DNA from: Felis catus
Taxonomy: Eukaryota
Length of the DNA: 64,000 bases
Direction of reading: 5' to 3'
Assembly: GCF_018350175.1 (NCBI RefSeq)
Contig: NC_058373.1
Location: 101,558,001-101,622,000, forward strand
The notes under the pieces are model-generated. The model ran no database searches. It was not told the DNA's origin and saw only the letters and a program-made list of their open reading frames with translations. The position numbers and the translations under genes are program-made. This document shows positions 50,103-62,877 of this stretch, piece after piece (the first letter of the stretch is position 1; each line of letters opens with the position of its first letter).

Positions 50103-53100
50103 GGAATTTTTTAAGTTATTTTTGTCACCTGTTAATAATCTCAAATAGGTACTATAAGCAAATTCAGAATCACCTTGCTGGTGCCGCACACGTGCGTCCT
50201 TCTCTGGGATGACCAAGCCTGCTTCTGCCTTTCCACAGTATGTGATCCACATGGGACAGTCTCATAGCACTTCACATTTAAGAACATTGTGGCGAAACTG
50301 AGTCATCACAAGGCACATATGGGCATACAGTGCTCAAAAGAACCATTGTCCTAACAGTTTGTATTCCATTTACAATGTGTGCTAATGCATTGGGTGGCCC
50401 CTGTCTTTGTATATCATTCTCTGCACGAGTTATTTGCAGTTTTACCTGCATAAAATAGCAAATAATCCAAAAAGAATATTTCTAATCCCAATCCCAACCA
50501 TCTTTGAACCATACACCCATTTGATGCAGATTTCAATGCATTGCGATGCTAATCTCACCTTCTATTTCAGAAGATACCTTCACACAATTAACTGATGCCT
50601 CATTCAAACTGGCATTTGAAAATTTTATTTTCAGCAAATCTTAGGTTAATATGCGATCTGACTTTCCTAAACTCACAAACAATGCCTTGGACTGACTAAT
50701 CTTTTTCCTACAATTTCACTTGCATGTACAGAAAATCTCTGAACTAGAATCACCGAAGTTAAAAATACAAATTAAACACAGGACTGGATCTCAGGTTTGT
50801 GCTTCTGCTATGAATCAGGGATTTGGATTGAGCAAAATGACATCATCTACTCTATTTGATGGATGTTGTTATTTTGAATAGCATTTGTTTTGTAAGCATT
50901 AGGAATATATGTCCAACTTGACGCATAGATACAGTACAATAATAAAAAGGATGTAAGCTAACACCAGGAATACATGAAGACAATGTTGTCCCTTTAAAAG
51001 AGGTCTGTACATTTCTCAAGTTTGAGAGGCAGGAGTCTCGGGCTCTATTCCTGGAATGCTCCCCTTCATGTAAGAAGCAGTGGGGCAGGTCAAACCAATT
51101 AAGTGTTCCTAAAAACAGAGCTCACCAAATACCATGGCTGCAGAATAACACCACCAAGAGCCAGCCAGCAGCTTAGAGTGGGGCACGGAGAGGAATGACC
51201 CCAGGGGATACCAAGTTAAAAGCTCATATTTCACTTCCCTTACTTAGCACTTTCCTTTCAAGCTGCACCCTCTATCGGAGCCCTTGAGAACAACATCTCT
51301 TCACTCCTCCCAGGGGTGAGCACGCTCTTTTCCAGCTCCTGGGCCAGATTGCAGCCAAATGATCCGTCAGGCACTCCCCGGGGATAGGCAGACATTTGCC
51401 CTGAGATCTATAATACAATTTGACCTTCTTTATGCTGAAGTAAACACACCACCTGTCACCTCCGAAACTTCAGCCTTAGAGTCAAGCACATCTGGAATCA
51501 GCCTATAAACGTAGTCCCGAGATTAATGTTGAACAAGAAGAAAGGCTAAGGTATTCTGCCACTGATTTCCACTTACTGACAATTCCCACTCAGCAGCGAT
51601 GTTAGGCTTCCACATATGGACACCTGAACACTTCCCTGTCAGCAACACTGTGCTTAGAGTGTCCGAAAACAAGCTTCGGAACACCTTAAAATACATTTTA
51701 GCTTCGTTTGAATCCCCAGCAGGTGGTTTTTCATTTCTCTGCCCTCAGTGGGCGGAATCAGAAATGCCAAAGCGAGTTCCAAACGTCCAACCACGCAGTG
51801 TGATGAGGTCTGCTCACACAAGACTGCCTCAGGCACATCTGGGGACTCTCCAGTTTTCACCCCTTGTCATTGTGGGGCCATAAGCTGAGATCCTAGATAC
51901 TCAGAAATGCACAGGAAATGTTCAAAGCTGCCACCTTCCCCAGAAAGATTACATTCCCAAGAAACCAAAAGGAGAAAGAGAAGCATGAAAGTGTCTTATC
52001 TTGAAGCTAACTGAAGTACACCTACGTTGGATGAAAGGGTAAGTAAGGCCCCAGAAAGTCCCCATTTCACAAAAAAAGATCTCACCATGAACACCTGGAA
52101 ATGAGCCTCGTGGGTCTTGACTCTTGAGATCAAGATATGGATCGTCCATAACCCTAGTTCTAACTCTAACTGACTAGAGAACCGAGGCACCCTGTTGACA
52201 GCGAGGATGACTACTTCACAGTAAACGAGATGTATCTCATTTCACAGCTCAGCACAACTCGGTAGGCTCCAGAGTTACACGTGCTGGGTTACTGAAATGG
52301 TGCCTCTTAGTCACAGCTCCTATGGTGTGTGCCAGGATTTAGCGGCACAATGTGATCGTATCACAAACATCCTGGCCCTCCTCCCTTTACCTCTGAAACC
52401 AATTTTGGTGACTGACGCTGCTTTCTTTGCAGCCTTATCAGCCTCTTCTCCCCTTCCGATTGTGGATCTGATCTCCTGCCCAGCATTCCTGTGTTTAGAC
52501 TGTCTGGCTGAGGGCATTTCCCCTCGCTGCTTAACAAACAGGTTTCCGCAGCCTTCAGATTTGTTTTCTGTTTGTTTCCAACACAAGGCTGAGGGCACCG
52601 CTTTCTGGGAAGTTTCTAGTTGTTTCAGGGAGTTCCTAGTTTTTTCAGGGAGCTCAGCTTCCCGTTTTTCGAAGTGAGTTCCCTGAAGTCAATAGGTGAT
52701 CGGCTGAATCATAAAAACAATTCTGCCCCCTGGAGAAACTGGCTTTCAAAGAAAAGTTTATGGCTTGCCTGTGTATTTGATAAGAGCGAACAGAAAAGAA
52801 AACAGAAGTCCTCCAAATCTTCTTCATGCCATTTTTCACGCTCTCACCCCAACTTCAATCCATCAAAAGTAATGCCACTTAGTCTTCTGTTAGATAGCTC
52901 TTACTAATGTACACTTCTCACTAACAACTATTAGAACTTCACTCTTACCTTGGTAACTGTAACTGAATATAAGATGGTAATCAACAGTCCTCTTATTCTT
53001 CCCTTGGGGCTTTGCTCTTACACATGGAATTTAAACACAAGAACACGTACTCCTGCACACCTCCCAAAGCCAGCTTGGCTTTATCATCTTCCTCCAAGAC

Positions 53101-54274
53101 GTGGAACACTGTATCCCATAAACAGGGCTGGTAAGGGCATATCTGAGCCAACCTTTTCTTTGGCTGCCTTTCAAAAAGTTGTTTAAAACAAGATATGTTC
53201 TTGAACTGGAAAAAGGAATTACACATGATAACCTTGGAAAGCAGCTACTGGCTTTGCCCAACTAATATTATTGCACAACACCGTGACTTACCGTGGAATG
53301 GGACATACTCGTATTGAAATGTTATTCTGAGTATGACCATATAGTTGGTGTAATTAAACACTTACCAAATCAAATATGGGATAATTATGAAAAGGGTCAT
53401 GAAAAACTCTGTGTTCTAATGAAGTAACAAGTGATTCCAGTTATTGGTCTGCAACCTCACCAACGGAATTCTAACAGTAGCACCTGCTCTGGGAATCACC
53501 TTTCTGGTCTTAATGAATGAATTGTCCTGAGTCACTCACACCATTCCTCCACTCCCCAGGACAATGACCACATTTGTCAGAGGGTAGCCTGTGCAATCGA
53601 AACATGTCTTTTTCCCTAGACAGAGCTAACTAGAACCATTAACCCCTGATACCATAACACCAGAGTTACTTAGCTAAACCAATCCAAATAGACCCACCCC
53701 ACTCCCCTCAACAAGCAGATGAAACAGTTTTCTTTCACAACCTGTTAAAACAGACACGTAAGCAAGCCCACATTCAAGCCAGTGGACAAAAATACAGTCT
53801 GGGCCTCAATGGAGTGGGTCCACAGATACACTGTCTAATAAAAATTAACAACATGACCCAAAGAACACATACTTCTTTTGTTTACTTTGCCGTTTGCTCC
53901 TTCAGTGAGAAGAAAGCTTGCTAAGAATTTCTGAACTGAGGTGGGGTTTTTTTGTTGTTTTTTTTTTAAGTTAACTGCAAGGCTTCCAAATGCTGTTATT
54001 GCAGAATTCTTCTGCGAGTGTGGTGTCAGTGTTACCGTGGAATCTAGAAGGGATGGATTCTGTTAACTGCCCCCTCAAGTACTCCCACCATCAACCAGAT
54101 GTTAAGATAAAGATCAGCACATCTTGTTCTCCAAGGCATGAGCCCCACCAAAATCAGCAAGGGATTTCTCCCTGTTTCAAACATATTCAAATAGCATGGT
54201 CAGAAGGGGCTCCCTGATTTTCTGGGCCATTATAGACTCATGCTTCCTCACGGTAAGAAGTAACTGTGGTCTTA

Positions 54275-54486
54275 GGGCACCTGGCTGGCTCAGTCAGTTA
54301 AGCATCTGACTTTGGCTCAGGTCATGATCTCACAGTTCGTGGGTTTGAGCCCCACGTCGGGCTCTGTGCTGACAGCTTGGAGCCTGGAGCCTGCTTTGGC
54401 TTCTGGGTCTCCCTCTCCCTCTGCCCTTCCCCTACTCGTACTCTCTATCTCTCAAAAATAAATAAACAATTTAAAAAATTTAAAAA
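54275..54486 (+). mobile_element. CAN-SINE
   Basis: Perfect 16-bp TSD aagaagtaactgtggt at 54255-54270 and 54487-54502, with 4 extra bases (ctta) before the head. Confidence 0.96.
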
Positions 54487-55837
54487 AAGAAGTAACTGTG
54501 GTAAGAATCTGCAGTGAACACTGAACACAGAGGGACCTCCTGGCATAACAGTGACCTTCTTGCCCCAAGCCCCAGGTGCTTGCAGCATCTTTTCTGATTC
54601 AGCCATCACCACGGACTCACCCTCTAACTAAAACAAAACTCTTGATTGCCTTACACCCAAGTTCCCCACCTGCAATGTGGAACAATGGTAACTGCTCCCA
54701 ACTCAGGAATAAAGAACTGCAGGCTGCCCTGTGAAAGAGTCATTATTTCAGTGGTAAGGATTCCTCTATTACTCTCATGGTTTTAACTCATGAAACTCAG
54801 AATGCATCATATGACTTGGGATTAGTAAATTCCCCCCAACATCTTTGGGAGACACAGTACAATTGTTCCATATAACTGTTCCTTTATACAGAAAAGAAGT
54901 TACTTACTCCATAACATACAATGAATCTACGGGGGAAAAAAATTTAATAAAAATATCTTTAGCATTTTCTTCTGTCCTCCTTTAAAATGTGGGATACCCA
55001 TTGAATTGAATGGGCAAGCAATTACTCTGGTATTAGTCCTCTCTCCTAAGTCTTCTTTAAGTTTTATCATAAGGAAAGAAATTCCCAAAGCATGATTTGT
55101 ACACAGAAAGAATCAAATCTCAACTCCAAAACTGAAAATCTAATAGCCAAAAATTAAATTCATAAGTTTTATTTAAAAAAAAAAAAGACCTGCAAAATTG
55201 CTCTTCCCCTCCCCTCAACAAATTCAGTACCCAACGCTTCCCTATAAATAGTTGTCAATAAACACAACTGCTGCAAATGTATTCAGTAAATGTTAAGGTC
55301 AAAGGCCTTCACTGTTTATTGCCTTGTAAACTCAAAGACAAGTGAATTTATTGCTTGAATGAGTTTCAGGGTATTGGCCTTCATAAAAGTTCTGAATCCC
55401 AGGTACAAAATGCTCCATCAACTCACACCAAAGCTATTCTGCACAGAACTTAGAGACCGCCCACCTTTGGATTCATAATTCAAACACGTCTTGGAAAGTG
55501 TATTGTTTGCCATGTTGCGTAGATCCCCATGGATTAGTGCTGAACCGTGCCTGTCATTATTACAAGAACTTGCTTCAACCAAACTATAAATTGCTGCTAC
55601 TTCTAAAACAATATTACATATTAGCCTACTACTAAACTCTCCAAAATATAATAAGGAAAATGTCAAGAATAACAGAGTTTATCTTTTTTCTCTAATTTTC
55701 ACACAAGAAGATCTATAATCTCCTTGATATAAACTTTGTCAAATTTAATAGAAAAGAACATTTCATATCAGATCACGTAGATCTGTATGGACTATTTCAG
55801 ATAATTAAATTTTTATACTATTCGAAAACTAATTTTT

Positions 55838-56053
55838 ATTTATTTTTTTTAATTTTTTTTTTTTTTTTTGAGAGAGAGACACAGACCGTGAGCAGGGGAG
55901 GGGCAGAGAGAAAGGGAGACACAGAATCTGAAGCAGGCTCCAGGCTCTGAGCTGTCAGCACACAGCCCGACAGGGGGCTCAAACCCACAAACCGTGAGAT
56001 CATGACCTGAGCCGAAGTTGGACACTTAACCGCCTAAGTCACCCAGGTGCCCC
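55838..56053 (-). mobile_element. CAN-SINE inserted in the A-tail of the neighbouring short SINE
   Basis: Full structure; degenerate TSD taatttttattt / tactttttattt. Confidence 0.95.
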
Positions 56054-56159
56054 TACTTTTTATTTTTTTAAGTAATCCAAACACCCAATGTGGTGCTCAA
56101 ACTTATGACCTCGAGACCAAGAGTCGCACACTCTTCTGCCTGAGCCAGCCAGGCACCCC
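56054..56159 (-). mobile_element. Short tRNA-Lys-like carnivore SINE lacking the (CT)n domain (SINEC_b-like)
   Basis: Reverse complement reads ggggtgcctggctggctcag...gtgcgactcttggtctcgaggtcataagtttgagcaccacattgggtg...gattacttaaaa. Confidence 0.85.
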
Positions 56160-56292
56160 AAAACCTCATTTTTCTAATCATTCTGTCATTTGGCAAGCTT
56201 TACAAATAAGTATGTATGCCTAGTAGCAGTAGCAAAAGGAGAGATCATAAGACAGTTATTAACTGTTGTTGCTTTTAGACATCCCCATAAGA

Positions 56293-56506
56293 TAGGTGCC
56301 TGGGTGGCTCAGTCTGTTGAGCATCCGACTCTTGCTTTCAGCTCAGGTTATGATCCCAGGGTCATGGGATCGAGCCCTGCATTGGGCTCTGGGCTGAGCA
56401 CGGAGCCTACTTAAGATTCTCTTTCTTTCCCTCTGCCCCTCTCCCCCGTTCACATTCTCTCTCAAATTAAAAAAAAAAAAAATTATTTTAATTTGGAAAA
56501 AAAGGA
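56293..56506 (+). mobile_element. CAN-SINE
   Basis: TSD atccccataaga at 56281-56292 and 56507-56518. Confidence 0.95.
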
Positions 56507-57727
56507 ATCCCCATAAGAGTTATGAGAAAATTCATATTTATTGTTTTAATATAATTGAATAATTATTTGTACATTTCACTGATCTGTGTTAATATTTTTC
56601 TTATGATATAGATATTTTAATATTAAATTTATTTCTATAAATAAATCTAGACTCTGGGCTCTAGGACCATTGGGCATTACCATCTTGAGTGAGGACCAAA
56701 GCAATGTAATATACAAAGGCTATGGTGTTAATATCAGAAATGCAATATTTATCATGAAGTTTAAAAGAAAATATCAAACTCAAATGGTAAAATAAAATTA
56801 TCCTAGACTTCTGATACTTTTTCTGCCATGATGGCTATAGTCTCAGTCTCCAAAGAGCGTTGCTGAAATCATACCTCATATAAAACTGAATTAAAATAAC
56901 ATTAAATATCTTCCAACTGTCAAAATGTAGAGTGTTTTAAAATGTCACACACACACTAATCCCACTACAAAATTCAAGTCTGGGCTTAATGTTGGATTAT
57001 GTCATTTTTTGACATTACCCAGGGAAGAGTTGTATTCTTAATCTATTTGCTCATTCATGTGAAATACTGGATTATATTACTTTTGTCCTTGATAAATTCC
57101 TTTTATCCTAACAAGCATTAAACCACTCTCCAATATTCTCCAAAGCATGGTCATAATCAGGAGTTTCTTCACTGTAGAAGATCATAAGATATTAAGGTAC
57201 ATTCTTTTTATCAAATTGGCTGTATGAAACTTAAACATATTATGATGACTTATAAACTGTCCTATGCAAAAAAGATATGCACTCTTTAAGAAATATTGAT
57301 TAAACATCTACCTTGAGAATATCTGTTACTGAGATGATTAAGACAGGATCCCATCTCTCAAGGAATTGAGAGACCACCAGGGTGGGGAGTCTGGTGTGTA
57401 AACACATGATTACATGGCAACAACAGATACTTAAATGACTGGAGAGTTTAGAGGTGGGAAGGCAAAGCAGGAAGTGATAACTGCCTCTACACCTTTTTTC
57501 AAAAGATTTAAGCCCCATCTCCCCATATAATGAATTGAAAATCAAATTATTTTCATGCATAAAAACTCTATTCACCTGGGACAAGACAAAAATAATATAC
57601 ATATCTACAAGACCTGTTTACAGTTCTAGAGTCACTATACAAGCTGAAATGGATCATCTTTTAGAAGAATATACCTCCTAGAAGGCAGCATGAAAATTCT
57701 ACTCCAGTTACTCTTAAAAATGGTTTA

Positions 57728-58700
57728 TGTGTTGGGCATTTATTCCAGAGATATGAAAAACAATGTTTACACAAAATCCGTATACAAATGTTCACAGATG
57801 CTTTCTTTATTCATAACAATCCAAAACTGGAAATAGCACAGATGTCCTTTAACAAGTGAACTGTTAAACAAATTGTGGCTCATCAATACCATGGAATATG
57901 ATTGGCAATAGAAAGGAAGAAACTATTGATACAAACAACTTGGATGAATCTCCAAGGAAATTCTTCTCTCCGGGGAATAACACTGAGGGGCAGGGGGAGG
58001 GACAGCAGTGATAAAAGGTTACACACTATATGATGCCATGTACATAATATTTTTGAAATGATAGAATTTTATTTTTTTTTTCAACATTTTTTTTTATTTT
58101 ATTTTTGGGACAGAGAGAGACAGAGCATGAACGGGGGAGGGGCAGAGAGAGAGGGAGACACAGAATCGGAAACAGGCTCCAGGCTCCGAGCCATCAGCCC
58201 AGAGCCCGACGCGGGGCTCGAACTCACGGACCGCGAGATCGTGACCTGGCTGAAGTCGGACGCTTAACCGACTGCGCCACCCAGGCACCCCTGAAATGAT
58301 AGAATTTTAAAAATAGGAGACCGATTAATGGTTGCCAGGAGCTAAGGAATTGGGAGGGGAGTGGTTAATAATAAAGAGCAAGACAAGAGATCCTGGTGGT
58401 GATGGAAGCATTCAGTGTCTTGATTGTGGTGGTGGATATGTCAACCTATATAAGTAAGAAAACTGTACAGGACTAAGCTGTATACACACACGTGCGTGGG
58501 AACACGTACAAAGTAAAATTTAAGAAATCTGAACAAGATCAGTGGATTGTATCAATGTCAATATTCTGACTATGACATATACTAGGGTTTTACAAAATGT
58601 TACCCCTGGGGGAAACTGGGCTAAGTATATGCTGGCTCTTTCTGCTATTTCTTATGACCGCATGTGAATCTACAATTATTTCAGTAAAAATGTTCAAAAA
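57728..58700 (+). mobile_element. L1MC1-like 3' end (hosts SINEs)
   Basis: 'tgggcatttattccagaga...ccaaaactggaaa...acttggatgaatctc' and 'ggattgtatcaatgtcaatattctg...gcatgtgaatctacaattat'. Confidence 0.88.
58072..58291 (-). mobile_element. Young felid CAN-SINE (SINEC_Fc-like)
   Basis: CpGs intact throughout (gagcccgacgcggggctcgaactcacggaccgcgagatcgtg); perfect 18-bp TSD tgaaatgatagaatttta at 58054-58071 and 58292-58309. Confidence 0.97.
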
Positions 58701-58714
58701 TTTTAAAAAATTTG

Positions 58715-58946
58715 TATTTTTTAAAATTAAAAAAATATTTTTTTAATGTTTTTATTTTTGAGACAGAGAGAGACAGAGCATGAGCATGGGAGGGGCAGAG
58801 AGAGAGGGAGACACAGAATCTGAAGCAGGCTCCAGGCTCCGAGCTGTCAACACAGAGCCCGATGCAGGGCTCGAACTCATGAACCGCGAGATCATGACCT
58901 GAGCCAAAGTCAGACGCTTCACCGACTGAGCCACCAAGGTGCCCCC
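58715..58946 (-). mobile_element. CAN-SINE at the L1MC tail
   Basis: Full structure on minus strand; TSD degenerate in AT-rich context. Confidence 0.95.
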
Positions 58947-59540
58947 AAAAATTCATATTTTAAATTAAGAGTTATATGTTTGCAATATATTATTAAGTGG
59001 TATGGACACAATGTGGGAGACTCCACTATCATGCACAACGTTAACATAAAAGGAAGAGCACCAACTATGATCTCTCTAGACTCCTCAAAAACACACCTTA
59101 CACAGAACTGAATTATTCAGGAATACAAGGATCCTACCTTATGGTACTTCTAGACTGTGTCTGAATACCACTGGTAAATCTGACCTGGATTTTTCCAATC
59201 AGCCTCTAAAGGACTATTCCTCATTGATGAATTTTGCTGCAGGGCAGTGAGACAGGCAAATTTAATTCTCAATCCATTTTGATAGCCACTATAATAAAAG
59301 AATCCTCATTAACTAATTTACTGCCTAGTACATTCTAGCTTTCAATTTTCAAAATGAGACTAAACCTAAGATATTGCAGAACATAAAGGCTTCAGTAGAA
59401 CTAAAGTGGCCTGCATCTAGAAATATGTTAATTATCTGATGCTGAAACCATGGAAAGGATTAGAGGGATTCAGAGGCAGTTTGCTGAAAACTTCCTTTTT
59501 GCCTGGTCCATGAGGGGGGCTCAGATACTAGTAAGGCACT

Positions 59541-59658
<118 letters not shown>

Positions 59659-60119
59659 TCATCCCCTCAGGCTCTTCAGGATCTAAGGCACTTTTGATAA
59701 AGATTGTCCATATGATCAAGGCATTGATTATACCTGTGTCTTTCAGCACAGGTAGGAATGTATTTCAGATAAGACAATTCCGCGTTTGAAAAGTGATCCA
59801 TAGTCTTTCAAGTAAAAAATGTTTCTACAGAAACACTCTTTAGAATAAAGCCTCCTAAGAAGCAAAAAGGCCTTTAATGTATAGAGGCTCTTATTCACCC
59901 TAAGTCCATGAAAAATCATGCTGTGCTGACCATTTATTGACATAACCAAAAAGAGGTATGTTTCTCTATGAACCAAGGGAGGAAAGATAGGACAAAAAAA
60001 CACCGTGGATAAAAGGCTCCAATTCCAGCCTTACTATCATGGCCTGTAAGATGAAGGGGCCTTTGTTTATAGGCAGCATGTATAAGGAAGGCAAAAGCAC
60101 AATTCAGAACCAGAAGGTG

Positions 60120-60292
60120 CTTAGGTGACTCTGGGAGCATGACTCAATCTGACTTTATTTCCTAAACATCAAAACAGAAATCATGATTTCTCCTTTACCC
60201 AGTTTACCAAACTGTTCTGAGAATCCAAGGAGAAAGCATATACAAAGACTTTACATTTTTAAAGCACTGCACAAAGATAAGGGATCATTATT
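60120..60292 (+). mobile_element. MIR3/MIRc-like remnant
   Basis: 'ggtgactctggg...ctgttctgagaatccaa...taaagcactgcacaaagataagggatcattatt'. Confidence 0.55.
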
Positions 60293-62153
60293 AATAGTCT
60301 AAAGAGATGTCTACTGTTAGAAAGTCAACAGAATATTCCCTAACTTAAATCCTGAAGAGTGCTCCTAAATCAAAACATTACCTGAATATCTGTTGATAAG
60401 AAGAAAAAAAATACAGAAAGAGTATTTCATTGTTGAACCAATCTCCTTTGAGAACTCATGGTTGACCTAGAATTTTACTAGGTGCATTAAGTGATAGAAA
60501 AAAAATTATCTAGGATAATCATGAAATAATTTGGTCTAATGAAAGTTAATAGTCAAAGCAAGATTTCTCAAAGGCTACCTGTTTAAGTCATTGATTAGGT
60601 TGCTCTTATCCGATTGTAGGGAAATCCCACCATTTGCTATGAGATTGCAAGGGCTGATGGTCCTGCTGTACATTTGAGAAATGTTGAGACCAAAGGGAAT
60701 CAAGTCTCATCACTTTAATACATACAGGCGGATCTCACATAATTAATGCCAGCACACCTGATGCCAGGAAATGTCCAACAGGGATGACACATCTATGGGC
60801 AGCCCAGGATCTCGGCCAGATTCAGAAAAGAGGCAAAGATAAAAGCACTTCTTTGGGCTCATTTGGATTCCCTGCAAATTCGCACCAAGTCTTCAGATCT
60901 GCCCATTGGCTTGGCTGAACACAGTGACTAGGCAACACTGCCTTCCAGTGGCAGCAATATGTTTTAAAAATCAAAAACCACACAGTGTATATAGTATTTT
61001 GACTACATAGTACCTGTGTGCCCTGGGGCTCAAGGAAACACCAAAAGATTATTTTCAAAGCTTTGGTATAGGCACTAATTAAAATTCCACTATTAGTAAT
61101 ACTCTTTCTTAGTACTTGTTGAAAAAATTCAAAGCACCTACCTCCCTTTTGTGGATGGGAATCCCACTCAAAGCAATTATGTTGTTCAAATAACGTCACA
61201 GAAGAACTCTGAACTGACTCAAGTGTGGCAATCCTGTATCCCATCATCAAAAGTATGCTCAGTAGCCAGTGATTCCACACATAGCAAAATCAAACCAATG
61301 TTTTGCAAAGTGGTTGTTCAAAGCTGCTTGTGAACTTATGAAAATTCTAATTTTTCCCTGATTAAAACCAGTCCACCCATTCCTTTCTTACATTTAAGTT
61401 CTTCAAAACACCTGACACAGTATTAATGATATTCTTATCCTTGAGAAATAATTTTGGTGTTTCACTTTTTAAAAGCTTATGCTAACAAGGAAACACCACT
61501 CTTACTCTGTCTTAGCCCAAAAATATCTTCTCTAATTACCCTCCATTCTGTGTCCTCCAGTCCTGGTGGCCTGTCTGAAATCTCTCAGGGAGTTGATGGG
61601 ATTTATCCCCTTTATTTTTATCTACGGCCTAATTGTCACCTTCCCTGTCTGTCTCATGGCAGGGCTTCTGTCTCTTGGAATCCACAACTCTAGTGCCCAC
61701 ATTCTTTCTTCCTGAGCTGCTGTTACCACGTAAACATCTCCAGAATTTATGTTTCTAAGGAATCTGAGTAATTATACCAAAAGAAACCGGGACATTTCCC
61801 AAAAGGCCTGCCTGGCTGCGGATAATTAGAATAGTGATGCCAACACTGTAAAGGCCTCATATATCTGAAAGCACTTCTTGAAAGTTTTCTCCCTGATAAT
61901 CCCAACATCCTTGAGAGCTGAGCAGCCTAATATCATACCAGCTGGAGCTAGCAACGAAGACAAACAGAAGTTTTACAAATGTCTCAGAACCAGGGATTAG
62001 TCAAATGCAGTAAATCATTCTGTGGCATACTATGCAACCATTAAAATAATGATTTGGATAAATGTTTACTGAGATCGAAAGATGGCAATAATATCCCATT
62101 AAGGAGACAAAAAAAAAAGGTCACCAGTTTAAATATACAACATGTTTTAGAAA

Positions 62154-62161
62154 GTGTGTGC

Positions 62162-62192
<31 letters not shown>

Positions 62193-62204
62193 TGTGTGTG
62201 TGTA
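62154..62204. repeat. (GT)n(CG)8(TG)n alternating purine-pyrimidine tract
   Basis: Directly visible; (CG)8 at 62161-62176. Confidence 0.97.
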
Positions 62205-62461
62205 CAGAGGCACCACAATCTAAAGCTACCCACATACACTTCGTATGAGCCCTCCTTCACATCAGATACTCCCAAATTAAAAAAAAAAATCCAAGTAAAA
62301 TCATTTCTTGGATTTTTTTAAAGGCTAGAAAGCCTAGAGACAAGGTCTCTAGTGGTGTACTGGTAAATGTTAAACAACTTGTTCTTCGGGGGAAAGATCT
62401 GATTTTTGGCAGTTGAAATTGTCAATTTCCATGGTATAAATACTCTCAACATGATCAGTTT

Positions 62462-62615
62462 TGTTTTCTTTTAAGAGAGAGTGTGAGTTGGGGAGGGCCT
62501 AAGGAGGCTCTGCCATGAGCATCCAACACAGGGGCTCCATCTCACCACCATAAGATCATGACCTGAGCCAAAATGAGGAGTCGGGTGCTTAACCAACTGA
62601 GCCACCCAGGCACTC
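62462..62615 (-). mobile_element. CAN-SINE with internal deletion
   Basis: TSD ctcaacatgatcagttt (62445-62461) / ctcaatgtgatcagttt (62616-62632). Confidence 0.92.
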
Positions 62616-62650
62616 CTCAATGTGATCAGTTTAAAACTACCAACTTGATG

Positions 62651-62725
62651 GGGTTCATGATCTCTCGGTTGTGGGATCGAGCCCCTGGTCGGGCTTAAGA
62701 ACTGACAGCATGGAGACTGCTTGGG

Positions 62726-62778
<53 letters not shown>

Positions 62779-62877
62779 GCCCACCACACCCCCCCCCCAC
62801 AGTCATGTTTTCTCTCTCTCTCTCTCTCTCTCAATAAATGGGTGAACTTGAAAAAAAATAAAAATAGAAAAAAATAT
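62651..62877 (+). mobile_element. CAN-SINE lacking most of its 5' head
   Basis: Perfect 18-bp TSD aaaactaccaacttgatg at 62633-62650 and 62878-62895. Confidence 0.94.

Noticed and set aside
52320..52598. Charged, protein-like 92-aa minus ORF
   Set aside because: Non-ATG start, no flanking splice sites in frame and no recognised family.
2646..58937. Recurrent ORFs beginning MAQSVKRLTSAQVMIS... as a paralogous gene family
   Set aside because: They are translations of CAN-SINE copies, often from non-ATG starts.
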